32,518 bases of DNA from a virus. Lineage: Duplodnaviria > Caudoviricetes. The notes beneath the pieces were generated by a model. The model was not told where the DNA came from, ran no database searches, and saw only the letters and a list, made by a program, of their open reading frames with translations. The position numbers and the translations under genes were made by a program. Where the stretch lies: positions 1-32,518 of the IMG/VR virus record IMGVR_UViG_3300034061_004194. One strand, written 5' to 3'. Positions 20,976 to 28,818 of this stretch are shown one piece after another. How positions within the stretch are numbered: position 1 is the stretch's first letter; each line of letters starts with the position of its first letter.

Positions 20976-21720
20976 CATCACGCGATCATGGAAACGGTTT
21001 TTAGCGGTCGGATGCTCACACGGGCATCTGGCTGACCAGAAACTATTGCGCGGAGTGTTGCGGTTTAAGGACCGCTGGAAACCGCACAAAGTGGTGCACC
21101 TAGGTGACGCGATTGACCTAGCCTGCCTGCGCGAGGGTGCCATTGGAACGGCAGACGACGCTGTTGACCCGGAGTCTGATTTGCAGGACGGGCTAGCGTT
21201 CATTGAGCGGCTTGAGCCATCGGTTTGGCATCTCGGCAACCATGAGGCCCGTCTGGTGCGGCTTATGTCCTCGCCACGCGCGATGGTGGCAGCCCTAGCG
21301 GCGCGCGTGTACGCTGACCTAGAATCGCAGGCTGAGCGGCTGCGGTGCGATCTGGTGCCCTACAATTTTCAAGACGGTTGGCGCACGCCATTCGGTAGCG
21401 ACTGCCTAACCGGCCACGGCTACATGGCAAACGAAATGGCGTTGCGCGATCACGCTGAAGCCATTTGCGCAGGGCCGGCAAATAAGGTCATCATCGCCCA
21501 TCTGCACCGGGTCAGCCAGCACGAGGGCCGGCGGCGTGATCATCCGACGGGCTACTGCGTGGGATGGATGGGGGACCCTCAGCTGGCTGGCTATGCGGCC
21601 CACAGACGCGCGACAACATCGTGGTCACGAGGCTTTGCCTGGGGAGAGTATTGTGACAATGAAACCCAAGTATGGCTCGCAAAAGAGACAACAAGCGGAG
21701 CAATCAGGCTGCCGGTTTAA
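20968..21720 (+). CDS. Calcineurin-like metallophosphoesterase
   Basis: Motifs GCSHG, HLGDAID, LGNHE, GHG, AHLHR. Confidence 0.85.
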   Translation: MANITRSWKRFLAVGCSHGHLADQKLLRGVLRFKDRWKPHKVVHLGDAIDLACLREGAIGTADDAVDPESDLQDGLAFIERLEPSVWHLGNHEARLVRLMSSPRAMVAALAARVYADLESQAERLRCDLVPYNFQDGWRTPFGSDCLTGHGYMANEMALRDHAEAICAGPANKVIIAHLHRVSQHEGRRRDHPTGYCVGWMGDPQLAGYAAHRRATTSWSRGFAWGEYCDNETQVWLAKETTSGAIRLPV

Positions 21721-21917
21721 CGCCGCTGGAGGAGCTGGCGCAGGCGTTCACGTTTGAATCGCGGCCGGACGGCTGGTACACAATTTCGGAGATTGCTGTT
21801 ATGTTCGGGATTTCACGGCAGACAGCAAAACGGTTTTGCGTGACTCGCGGGTACGAGTGCCGCCAATTTCGCATCCACAACAACATTCCGAGACAATCAT
21901 GCTACAGACTGACTTAG
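21672..21917 (+). CDS. Small HTH DNA-binding protein
   Basis: WYTISEIAVMFGISRQTAKR. Confidence 0.6.
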   Translation: MARKRDNKRSNQAAGLTPLEELAQAFTFESRPDGWYTISEIAVMFGISRQTAKRFCVTRGYECRQFRIHNNIPRQSCYRLT

Positions 21918-22144
21918 AGCGGGAGGCGTTGCAACGGGCCCTTAACCTGTTGGCGGAACATTTCGACGTGGCGCAAATCTTCGTGCAGGTCCACCGCGAT
22001 GGCGACGAGACGCACGGCTTTGAGGGTGGGTTTGGCAATTACTTTGCCCGGCAAATGCAGATTCATCGGTGGCACCGGGAGGAAGTCGACGGGGTGCAGT
22101 TCCGGCAATCCTCGGAGGATGATGACGACGAGGAAACTGTTTGA
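21899..22144 (+). CDS. Hypothetical protein (81 aa, acidic tail)
   Basis: ATG 21899; LLAEHFDVAQIFV...GNYFARQMQ. Confidence 0.65.
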   Translation: MLQTDLEREALQRALNLLAEHFDVAQIFVQVHRDGDETHGFEGGFGNYFARQMQIHRWHREEVDGVQFRQSSEDDDDEETV

Positions 22145-22173
22145 CTTTTGAGCGGGCATCCGCACGTTGCGTC

Positions 22174-22231
22174 TGTCGTCGTGTTTGTCCTCCGCGTCTC
22201 AGGTGGTTGAGGCGCGGAGGTTACGACGGCA
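22174..22231 (+). other. Long intergenic stem-loop upstream of glycosyltransferase
   Basis: Inner 13-bp stem 22189-22201/22208-22220 and outer 10-bp stem 22174-22183/22222-22231, deviations are G-U pairs. Confidence 0.7.
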
Positions 22232-22239
22232 AATGATTT

Positions 22240-23388
22240 ATGCGCTTTCATTGTCCCGGCCTTCCTCACACCGTCACCAGTCCCGAGTACAACGCCTGCG
22301 CGTTCACTCAAAAGGTTTTTAAGCTCTGCAAGGGGCTGCTACAGGCCGGCCATGAGGTGATCCATTACGGCCACGAGGAGAGCCAGGTTGAATGTACGCG
22401 CCACATAACGGTGAGCTACAATCGCGACTTAGAGGCCGCTTACGGCTCCTATGACTGGCGCAAAGAGTTTTTCAAACACAACACCGGTGACGTTGCCTAC
22501 CGGAATTTTGCGGACCGGTGCAATGCAGAGCTGCGCCTGACCAAGCAGGAAGGGGATTTTCTGCTGATTCCGTTTGGGTGGGGTCACCACAAAATCTGCG
22601 AGGCCAACCAAGACATGTTTGTGGTGGAGTCTGGCATTGGGTATCCGTGGGTCCTCCCGCGTGATTTGGCCCGCTGGAAGGTTTTTGAGTCCTACGCAAT
22701 CCGCAACGCAGTGCACGGTGGCGAGCGAGTCAGCCGAGCAAACAACGACGATTATGAAGTGGTCATTCCCAACTATTTCGAGCCAGACGATTTTGGACCC
22801 GTCAGCCCCGGCACAGGCTACGTGCTCTACCTCGGCAGAATCACGCGCGCCAAGGGTTGCCACATCGTGGCGGAAGCGTGCCATCGCGCGGGCCGCAAAC
22901 TCGTCATTGCAGGACAAGGCAACCTCGCCACCGAGTACGACGGGCCTACAGACCACATAGAAATCATCGGGTACGCCGACAAACCGACGCGGCAAAAGCT
23001 GATGAGAGAGGCCGACTGTCTTGTAATTGCGAGCCAGTACATCGAGCCATTTGGTGGCGTGGCCGTGGAGGCCATGATGAGCGGCACGCCGGTGATCACA
23101 TCAGACACCGGGGCCTTCACCGAGTGGGTCATCCCTGGACGAAACGGGTACCGCTGCCGCACGATGGGCCAATACATTTGGGCCCTTAGCAACGTCCACT
23201 TTTTGGACCGCTGGAAGATTCGCAAATTCGCTGTGGCCAACTTCAGCGTGCAGGCCGTGGTGCCGCAGTTTGAAGAGTTTTTCCGCACCATCCTTGATAC
23301 CAAGGAGGGCGCCGGATGGTATGAGCCGCACAAGTCGGACGCCATCCGCGTGGGAGAGTTGGATTTTTCGGAACTGTATGCCGAGTGA
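22240..23388 (+). CDS. Glycosyltransferase family 4 (GT-B)
   Basis: YLGRITRAKG, EPFGGVAVEAMMSGTPVITSDTGAFTE (ExFG/EAM signature). Confidence 0.92.
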   Translation: MRFHCPGLPHTVTSPEYNACAFTQKVFKLCKGLLQAGHEVIHYGHEESQVECTRHITVSYNRDLEAAYGSYDWRKEFFKHNTGDVAYRNFADRCNAELRLTKQEGDFLLIPFGWGHHKICEANQDMFVVESGIGYPWVLPRDLARWKVFESYAIRNAVHGGERVSRANNDDYEVVIPNYFEPDDFGPVSPGTGYVLYLGRITRAKGCHIVAEACHRAGRKLVIAGQGNLATEYDGPTDHIEIIGYADKPTRQKLMREADCLVIASQYIEPFGGVAVEAMMSGTPVITSDTGAFTEWVIPGRNGYRCRTMGQYIWALSNVHFLDRWKIRKFAVANFSVQAVVPQFEEFFRTILDTKEGAGWYEPHKSDAIRVGELDFSELYAE

Positions 23389-23830
23389 GCCATCATATCG
23401 GTGGGATCCATCTGACCTCGATAGCCCTGCCGAGGAGCTGGCCGAGCATCTTGACCTGTCGGTTGCGCAGGCTGCCCGCGTGTTAGCCTGGGCCGCAGAG
23501 TTGCGGCGCGCCGAGACATTCGCCGCCGGATCCGGTGAGTTAATTGCGGTCATCCGGCTATTTTGGCGATACGGCCAGAACAGCAGGATGCTGGCCCTTG
23601 CGCTCGCGTTTGCCGCCGGACTGGATCGCCAGCTGCCGTTTCGGTCGATGCGCGAGGCAGCAGCCAGCAACGGCTACACGGTCGCACAGCTGAGCAAATT
23701 GGTGCGCACGGTACAGGACAGCCTCGGGCTGCCAAGGACGTGCCACAACAAATCAGACGAGGCATCTGCCGTGTTCTCTGCCGTACAAAAGGATAAACAT
23801 TTTCGCAAACGCAAATTCCAACTCAAATGA
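23378..23830 (+). CDS. HTH protein resembling sigma-70 region 4
   Basis: ATG 23378; SMREAAASNGYTVAQLSKLVRTVQDSLGL HTH and basic C-terminus; sigma-4 similarity judged by eye. Confidence 0.55.
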   Translation: MPSEPSYRWDPSDLDSPAEELAEHLDLSVAQAARVLAWAAELRRAETFAAGSGELIAVIRLFWRYGQNSRMLALALAFAAGLDRQLPFRSMREAAASNGYTVAQLSKLVRTVQDSLGLPRTCHNKSDEASAVFSAVQKDKHFRKRKFQLK

Positions 23831-24417
23831 CCGACCAGATTGCAATTGTAGACAAAGTCTTCTCGCTAGAAACCGTCACGACGGAGGCACAGGCAACGCA
23901 GCTGCTTGGCCTGCTGCATTGGGCCCGGAATGATGTGCTGTTTAGCCTGGGTGACTGGATGGTGCATTGCGCGGACCGGTTCGGAAAGGAGTGGGTCAAC
24001 AGCCAGCTTGAATTTGCGGATTTCTCCTTTGAAGAAGCGTCAAAAGCGTACGAAGTAGCCTCTAAAATCCCTCGGGCAAAGCGCGTTGCGTCTCTGTCAT
24101 TTGCGCATCACGCAGTAGCCGCACGGGCCGAGCAACCGGAGTTGGCACTAGGATGGGCATTAGAGCAGGGCCTGAGTCCAGGGGAACTAGCGCACTCTGT
24201 GCGGACTAAAGTGCAGTTGACCAAAGCTGAGATTGCCGCAGCGCGCGAAACAGCTTCCTTTGCAAGCCCTTCGCTTATCGCCGAGCGGTTTTCGCAGTGG
24301 GTCAAAAAAGCCCCGGTTGAACGCTGGACACAAGAGGACAAGGAACAAGTGTACAAGGATTTGGAGCCAATGCACCGTTTTCTGGACAGTCTGAGGGCTG
24401 AAATTTTGTTCAGCTAA
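23827..24417 (+). CDS. LmbU-like DNA-binding regulator (putative)
   Basis: FSLGDW...FG...VASKIPRAKRVASLSFAHHAVAA matches the LGDW / LSFxHHxxVA pattern of the LmbU family as I recall it. Confidence 0.55.
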   Translation: MTDQIAIVDKVFSLETVTTEAQATQLLGLLHWARNDVLFSLGDWMVHCADRFGKEWVNSQLEFADFSFEEASKAYEVASKIPRAKRVASLSFAHHAVAARAEQPELALGWALEQGLSPGELAHSVRTKVQLTKAEIAAARETASFASPSLIAERFSQWVKKAPVERWTQEDKEQVYKDLEPMHRFLDSLRAEILFS

Positions 24418-24481
24418 GCAACAATCGGCAAAAAATCTGCGCACGCAACACGCTGGCAATGCGTGAAATGCGGAGCTTTGT

Positions 24482-24531
24482 AAAAAAATCTGAAAAAAAT
24501 CTGTTGCAGGCAAATCGTGGCCGTATAGAAC
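24482..24531 (+). promoter_or_regulatory. Putative sigma-70-type early promoter with A-tract UP element
   Basis: AAAAAAATCTG x2 (24482-24503), TTGCAG 24504-24509, 16-nt spacer, TAGAAC 24526-24531, in the largest internal intergenic gap ahead of early genes. Confidence 0.5.
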
Positions 24532-24561
24532 GGGCGACGTCAGCACGGTGCTGGCAAAAAA

Positions 24562-24747
24562 ATGACTAACCTAGACGACACAATGACGCGCAAATTCATC
24601 GCCATCACGGCATGGCTAATTGCCTACGCTGACATCATCGGAGCTGCTAGCCACGCTGGCCAATGGGAGGCCGTGGTGTACGGCCTGCTCGGGTTAACCG
24701 CCATGGCTGTGGCCGCTGTGGCCTCGCTGGAGGTGGCGGGTGAGTAA
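24562..24747 (+). CDS. Small two-TM membrane protein
   Basis: Two hydrophobic stretches; start may be ATG 24583. Confidence 0.6.
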   Translation: MTNLDDTMTRKFIAITAWLIAYADIIGAASHAGQWEAVVYGLLGLTAMAVAAVASLEVAGE

Positions 24748-24925
24748 ATGGTACGACGGTGCCGGCTTTGATTCGTGGCTGACGCACGACGAAAACGCCG
24801 AACGGCCTGAGCCACCGGTTTGCCGGTGGTGCCGCCAGGATCAGAGTATCAACGACGAGGGCAACGCGTATTGCCCGGACTGCCAACCAGAAAAAGACAA
24901 TGAGACGAGACGCCAGCAGAACTGA
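24740..24925 (+). CDS. Small zinc-ribbon protein
   Basis: CRWC...CPDC; GTG start preceded by GGAGG. Confidence 0.6.
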   Translation: MSKWYDGAGFDSWLTHDENAERPEPPVCRWCRQDQSINDEGNAYCPDCQPEKDNETRRQQN

Positions 24926-25094
24926 ACACCTAAACGACATCCAGCCCATGCAAGGGGAGGGAAGCCTTGTGCTGACGATTAACCCACATAAAATGCAGCG
25001 TGCTTTTGCTGCGTGGTTAAAAAAGCGCGGGTTTCAAGAGAATCGGACATTCATGCCGCGTTTTGGCCGGCCCCAAAAACAAACGCCACGATGA
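24900..25094 (+). CDS. Hypothetical protein
   Basis: 64 aa ORF; stop overlaps next ATG. Confidence 0.55.
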   Translation: MRRDASRTEHLNDIQPMQGEGSLVLTINPHKMQRAFAAWLKKRGFQENRTFMPRFGRPQKQTPR

Positions 25095-25720
25095 TCACGC
25101 ACGTTTACTTCGACATTGAAACGGGGCCGGCGGAAAACGCCACGGAGTTTGAGCCAATATTTGAGGCACCAAAAAACATCAAGGACCCACTAAAAATCAT
25201 GGCCGCACTGGCTGAGAAACGAGCGGATTGGTTGGACCGGCTGGCGTTGTCGGCGGTGACCGGCCAAGTGCTCGCCGTCGGGATGGCGATTGGGGATGGC
25301 GAGATAACAACGCGCGTATCCGACGACGAGCGGTCTCTCTTGCTACAGTTGTGGATGGATCTCCACAACCTCCCGAGCCAGGGCGATCATCGGCTGGTCG
25401 GCTGGAATTTGACCGGGTTTGACCTGCCATTTTTGCTACGCCGGAGCTGGGTGCATAACATCCCGGTGCCAGAATGGATTTTTTATTCCTCGCGGCGGTT
25501 GTCTGATTTCCACATCGACCTAATGCGCGTCTGGTGCGGCGAGAATCCGCAGGACCGCATCTCACTCGACACGGTGAGCCGGTTGTTTGGTGTGGGGAAA
25601 AAGTCGGGATCCGGCAAAGACTTTGCAAAACTTTGGAAGGAAGATTGGCAGGCGGCACTTGCTTATCTGCATCAGGATTTGGAATTAACCCGGGCCGTAG
25701 CGCAAAGGATGGGCAAATGA
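25091..25720 (+). CDS. 3'-5' exonuclease, DEDD/PolB-exo-like
   Basis: YFDIETGP (ExoI), GWNLTGFDLPFL (ExoII), HIDLM, YLHQDL (ExoIII). Confidence 0.88.
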   Translation: MITHVYFDIETGPAENATEFEPIFEAPKNIKDPLKIMAALAEKRADWLDRLALSAVTGQVLAVGMAIGDGEITTRVSDDERSLLLQLWMDLHNLPSQGDHRLVGWNLTGFDLPFLLRRSWVHNIPVPEWIFYSSRRLSDFHIDLMRVWCGENPQDRISLDTVSRLFGVGKKSGSGKDFAKLWKEDWQAALAYLHQDLELTRAVAQRMGK

Positions 25721-26073
25721 CCGAGCGGCAAACATACCGGCAGCTTTTGTCTAATCGGCTCAAATTGCCTCTGCTCAGTTTTCGAGCCTGTCGGGTGATT
25801 GAACTCTACAACCTGCACGACCCGGAGCGGCTGCGGGAGTGGCTGACAAGCAACGCGCCGAAGCTAGCCGTTAATTGTGGCCCTCAAACAATCGCAGAGC
25901 TGCGCCAGGCGTGCGGGTTGCGGGTGCCGGTGGCAAGAGAACTGCCGCAGGCGGGCAAGCTCGCGGCAGCACAGCGGCGGATTGTGGAGCTAGAAGCTGA
26001 AGTCAATGTGCTGAAATGGACCCTCGATAAAATGGAGGCGCACATTCAGGAGCTCCGGGCCTATGCGGTTTAG
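25717..26073 (+). CDS. RNA polymerase alpha-CTD-like domain plus C-terminal coiled coil
   Basis: LSFRACRVIELYNLH...L...NCGPQTIAEL parallels the alpha-CTD pattern LxxRxxNxL..xI..L..NxGxKxxxEI; by-eye alignment. Confidence 0.55.
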   Translation: MTERQTYRQLLSNRLKLPLLSFRACRVIELYNLHDPERLREWLTSNAPKLAVNCGPQTIAELRQACGLRVPVARELPQAGKLAAAQRRIVELEAEVNVLKWTLDKMEAHIQELRAYAV

Positions 26074-26155
26074 CAGAGTCTGGGCAATTTTTTGGGGTGT
26101 AGTGGCCGTTGTGCTGCTGCTGACCCATGGCGGCGGGGAAGACCGCGAAACCTAA
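26063..26155 (+). CDS. 30-aa single-TM peptide (absent from ORF track)
   Basis: MRFSRVWAIFWGVVAVVLLLTHGGGEDRET; AGGAG upstream; fills gap before SSB-like gene. Confidence 0.45.
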   Translation: MRFSRVWAIFWGVVAVVLLLTHGGGEDRET

Positions 26156-26172
26156 CCTAACCACATCACATC

Positions 26173-26685
26173 ATGGCAGTATTACAGCCGAGCAACTCAG
26201 GGAAATCATCCCTCATCAAAAATAACGACCTACCCCCTAAAGGGCGGTACATTGCGACCTGCATCTACAACGAGGACCAGCTAGGCGTTGAGCGCACTAA
26301 ATTTGAGAGCGCAGACGTTGAGAGGGTGGACCTTACCGCCTTTTATTTCGGGGTCACCGACAAAGCGGGCAAGCAGTACGTCATCAAGAGCCGCGAGATG
26401 AAAATCTCGCTGCATGAAAAGGCGGCCCTTGTGAAGTTTCTAAAAAGCTGGCGTGGCAGCGCACCGGCAACGGGATTCGATACGGCGTCAATGGTCGGCC
26501 AAGGGGCCGAGATCCGCATTGAGCACGTTGAAAGCCAGCGAACGCCGGGCAAAATGTTTAGCAACATCAGCGACATCGCGCCAGTCGACGACGAACACAC
26601 CGACCGCATCAAACCGCATCGCGTGTACCTGCACCTTCTCAACGTGCCAGGCACCGAGGCTGACGCGGATGAGATCCCTTTCTAA
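26173..26685 (+). CDS. Single-stranded DNA-binding protein-like (OB-fold inferred)
   Basis: LPPKGRYIATC N-terminus, VGQGAEIRIEH, acidic C-terminus ADADEIPF resembling SSB tails. Confidence 0.7.
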   Translation: MAVLQPSNSGKSSLIKNNDLPPKGRYIATCIYNEDQLGVERTKFESADVERVDLTAFYFGVTDKAGKQYVIKSREMKISLHEKAALVKFLKSWRGSAPATGFDTASMVGQGAEIRIEHVESQRTPGKMFSNISDIAPVDDEHTDRIKPHRVYLHLLNVPGTEADADEIPF

Positions 26686-26696
26686 TCGCCACCAAA

Positions 26697-26717
26697 ACTT
26701 TGGGGGGCGCGCATCCA
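26697..26717 (+). repeat. Intergenic direct repeat copy 1 (ACTTTGGGGGGCGCGCATCCA)
   Basis: 20/21 identical to 27206-27226. Confidence 0.85.
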
Positions 26718-26736
26718 GCAAACACGCATTTTACCT

Positions 26737-27204
26737 ATGAGCAAAACAGCAGCGCAAGCCACAGATTACCCGAAGATTTTTGAAAACACTTATTGGGGAT
26801 GTTTTCATTACGAAGCAGAAAAGATTGATGAGTCAATTTTCGAAAATCGAAATCGATTTGTGAAAAGATTTGATATTAAAAAAGAGTTTTGGCCGCGTGG
26901 AAAAGGCAGTGCGGTGATTAATATTTTTGCGAGCACAACCCTAGACTATTTCTGCGACCACATCGAGGGGTATGTGACAAAATTTAACGAGTTCGTGTTG
27001 ATTTGTTCAAATTACAACTCAGATTTACCGCCTTCAATTTTAGGAATGCAAAAATATTCTGACAAACTTTACAGCCATAGTGCGGAAACATTCATCAGGG
27101 TGTTTAAAAATCAACAAGCATTTAAAGATTTTATGTGGGCTGTCGGTGTTATTTGTGACGCCAACAGCTATGAACCTTACGCTAATCGGTCTAACAACCT
27201 TTGA
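26737..27204 (+). CDS. Hypothetical protein, AT-rich cassette
   Basis: 155 aa; visibly AT-richer than the genome; YWGCF, DHIEGY, LICSNY, LYSHSA motifs; bracketed by 21-bp repeats. Confidence 0.75.
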   Translation: MSKTAAQATDYPKIFENTYWGCFHYEAEKIDESIFENRNRFVKRFDIKKEFWPRGKGSAVINIFASTTLDYFCDHIEGYVTKFNEFVLICSNYNSDLPPSILGMQKYSDKLYSHSAETFIRVFKNQQAFKDFMWAVGVICDANSYEPYANRSNNL

Positions 27205-27205
27205 G

Positions 27206-27226
27206 ACTTTGGGGGCCGCGCATCCA
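27206..27226 (+). repeat. Intergenic direct repeat copy 2 (ACTTTGGGGGCCGCGCATCCA)
   Basis: 20/21 identical to 26697-26717. Confidence 0.85.
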
Positions 27227-27260
27227 AGGCCAAATCACGCGGACCAACCTACAAAACACG

Positions 27261-28019
27261 ATGAACAAAACGAACTTAGACACAGCTCGGATTATTGCAA
27301 GAATTTACCGGCTCCAAAATGAATTTCTTAAAAAGGCAACACCGGAACTTGAAGCGCTCGAAACCGTGGCAAAAAATTTGAGTCGCGAATGGGTAAGCGC
27401 AACGGAATTTGTAATAACGGACGACGAAGATAAGCGCAGACAACAAAGCCAAGACCTTGGTCGGATTCACACACTTCACGCAGATAGCGAAGACCGTTTA
27501 AGGCTTTTTTCAGGAACAATTGAACGGCGTTTCGTTAAAGATCAAAAAAGCAGAAACATTCCTCAATACCGTTTTGTTCCGGTTAGTGAAAAAATGCCTG
27601 AATTTAAAGAGGTTATTGCAAGCGCAATTCTTATTGAAGAGGAATTAGAAAAAGTTACCAAAGAACGCAACGAAGCCTACGCCAGGGTGACTCAGTTGAA
27701 TCAAGAATTGGAGCAAGCCATTGCCGAGCGCACGCCGCACGATTACGGGATGCTCGCAGAACAGCGCGACCAGTACAAAGAGATGTACTTGGGTGCGATT
27801 AAGGAAATTGCGAAGGCTCGCGCCGAGGTGGAGCGGCTAAAGGATCATATTCCTGACGCCACGAAAATGATCCGCCCCGAACCCTCCCGGCTGGAGATTG
27901 CGGCGATGCTGCAAGCGGGGTGGTTGGCAAATCCAGAGTCCGAGATTGATAGTCAACACGAGTGGTGGCTTGCGCAGGCGGATGCACTCATCGAAGCAGC
28001 GAAAGGGGGCGCGAAATGA
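27261..28019 (+). CDS. Hypothetical coiled-coil protein, apparently chimeric
   Basis: ATG 27261; AT-rich 5' half, genome-typical 3' half; ends PEPSRLEIAAML...ADALIEAA. Confidence 0.7.
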   Translation: MNKTNLDTARIIARIYRLQNEFLKKATPELEALETVAKNLSREWVSATEFVITDDEDKRRQQSQDLGRIHTLHADSEDRLRLFSGTIERRFVKDQKSRNIPQYRFVPVSEKMPEFKEVIASAILIEEELEKVTKERNEAYARVTQLNQELEQAIAERTPHDYGMLAEQRDQYKEMYLGAIKEIAKARAEVERLKDHIPDATKMIRPEPSRLEIAAMLQAGWLANPESEIDSQHEWWLAQADALIEAAKGGAK

Positions 28020-28606
28020 CCGACGACCAAATCAATGCAGCAATTGCTGAAGCGTGCGGATGGCGTGAGGCCTCAACGCACGGCGGGTCTGGGTATCAAA
28101 GGTTAATTAACGGGATATTAGAACTGCGCCCGGACCTGCCGAATTACGCGAACTGTTACGAAACCCTCTGCGAAGCAAAACTTTTACTAACGAACCGTCA
28201 ATTAGACTATTTTCACAAAAAATTTAAGAAACTTTGCTCAAAAAAACGTGGGGAAAAACGCAGTTTCAACATGGAGGATTTTCCTACGACACGGCAAATG
28301 GCCAAATTATTCTTGGAAGCCTTTAAAAATGGCGAGAAATCAGAAATGACCGACAACCAAATTAACCAGCGCATTGCCGAAGTGTGTGGTATAGAGCCAA
28401 ATAGTTTTCGCGTTCGAGCGGATATCCCAGACTATTGCAACGACTTAAACGCCATGCATGAGGCGGAAAAATACATCTTAGATATGCACGATGGATATGG
28501 ATGGCACCTAAGCAAAGGGGTATGCTTTACCGTTTGGCACGCAACTGCTAGGCAGCGCGCAGAAGCGTTTTTGCGTCTGTTGGAAAAATGGGAGGAGGTA
28601 AAATGA
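28016..28606 (+). CDS. Protein with two tandem copies of an ABA-sandwich-like phage domain
   Basis: MTDDQINAAIAEACGW at 28016 and MTDNQINQRIAEVCG at 28346 in the same frame. Confidence 0.7.
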   Translation: MTDDQINAAIAEACGWREASTHGGSGYQRLINGILELRPDLPNYANCYETLCEAKLLLTNRQLDYFHKKFKKLCSKKRGEKRSFNMEDFPTTRQMAKLFLEAFKNGEKSEMTDNQINQRIAEVCGIEPNSFRVRADIPDYCNDLNAMHEAEKYILDMHDGYGWHLSKGVCFTVWHATARQRAEAFLRLLEKWEEVK

Positions 28607-28818
28607 TCGACGACCAGACCAGTACAGCAACTGCCGAGGAATCCTCGGTAGTTGCAGAATGTTGCCCGATCTGTGGAAGTAAAAATGGTGCGAAATTGAA
28701 TCAACCTAACGGCGGATGGACCCACATTGATTGTGATGACTGCGGAGGCGGGACTTTTTATCTTTGGGTCCGAAGTGAAAAACCGTGCACTGCTTCACTT
28801 AAAATTACACACAAATGA
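28603..28818 (+). CDS. Zinc-ribbon protein (Lar-like pattern)
   Basis: CCPICGS...IDCDDCGG; ATGA overlaps both sides. Confidence 0.6.
   Translation: MIDDQTSTATAEESSVVAECCPICGSKNGAKLNQPNGGWTHIDCDDCGGGTFYLWVRSEKPCTASLKITHK

Noticed and set aside
24418-24561. tRNA or other known ncRNA in intergenic gaps (also 22145-22239, 32385-32505)
   Set aside because: No cloverleaf, T-loop GTTCRA in context, or CCA end recognisable.
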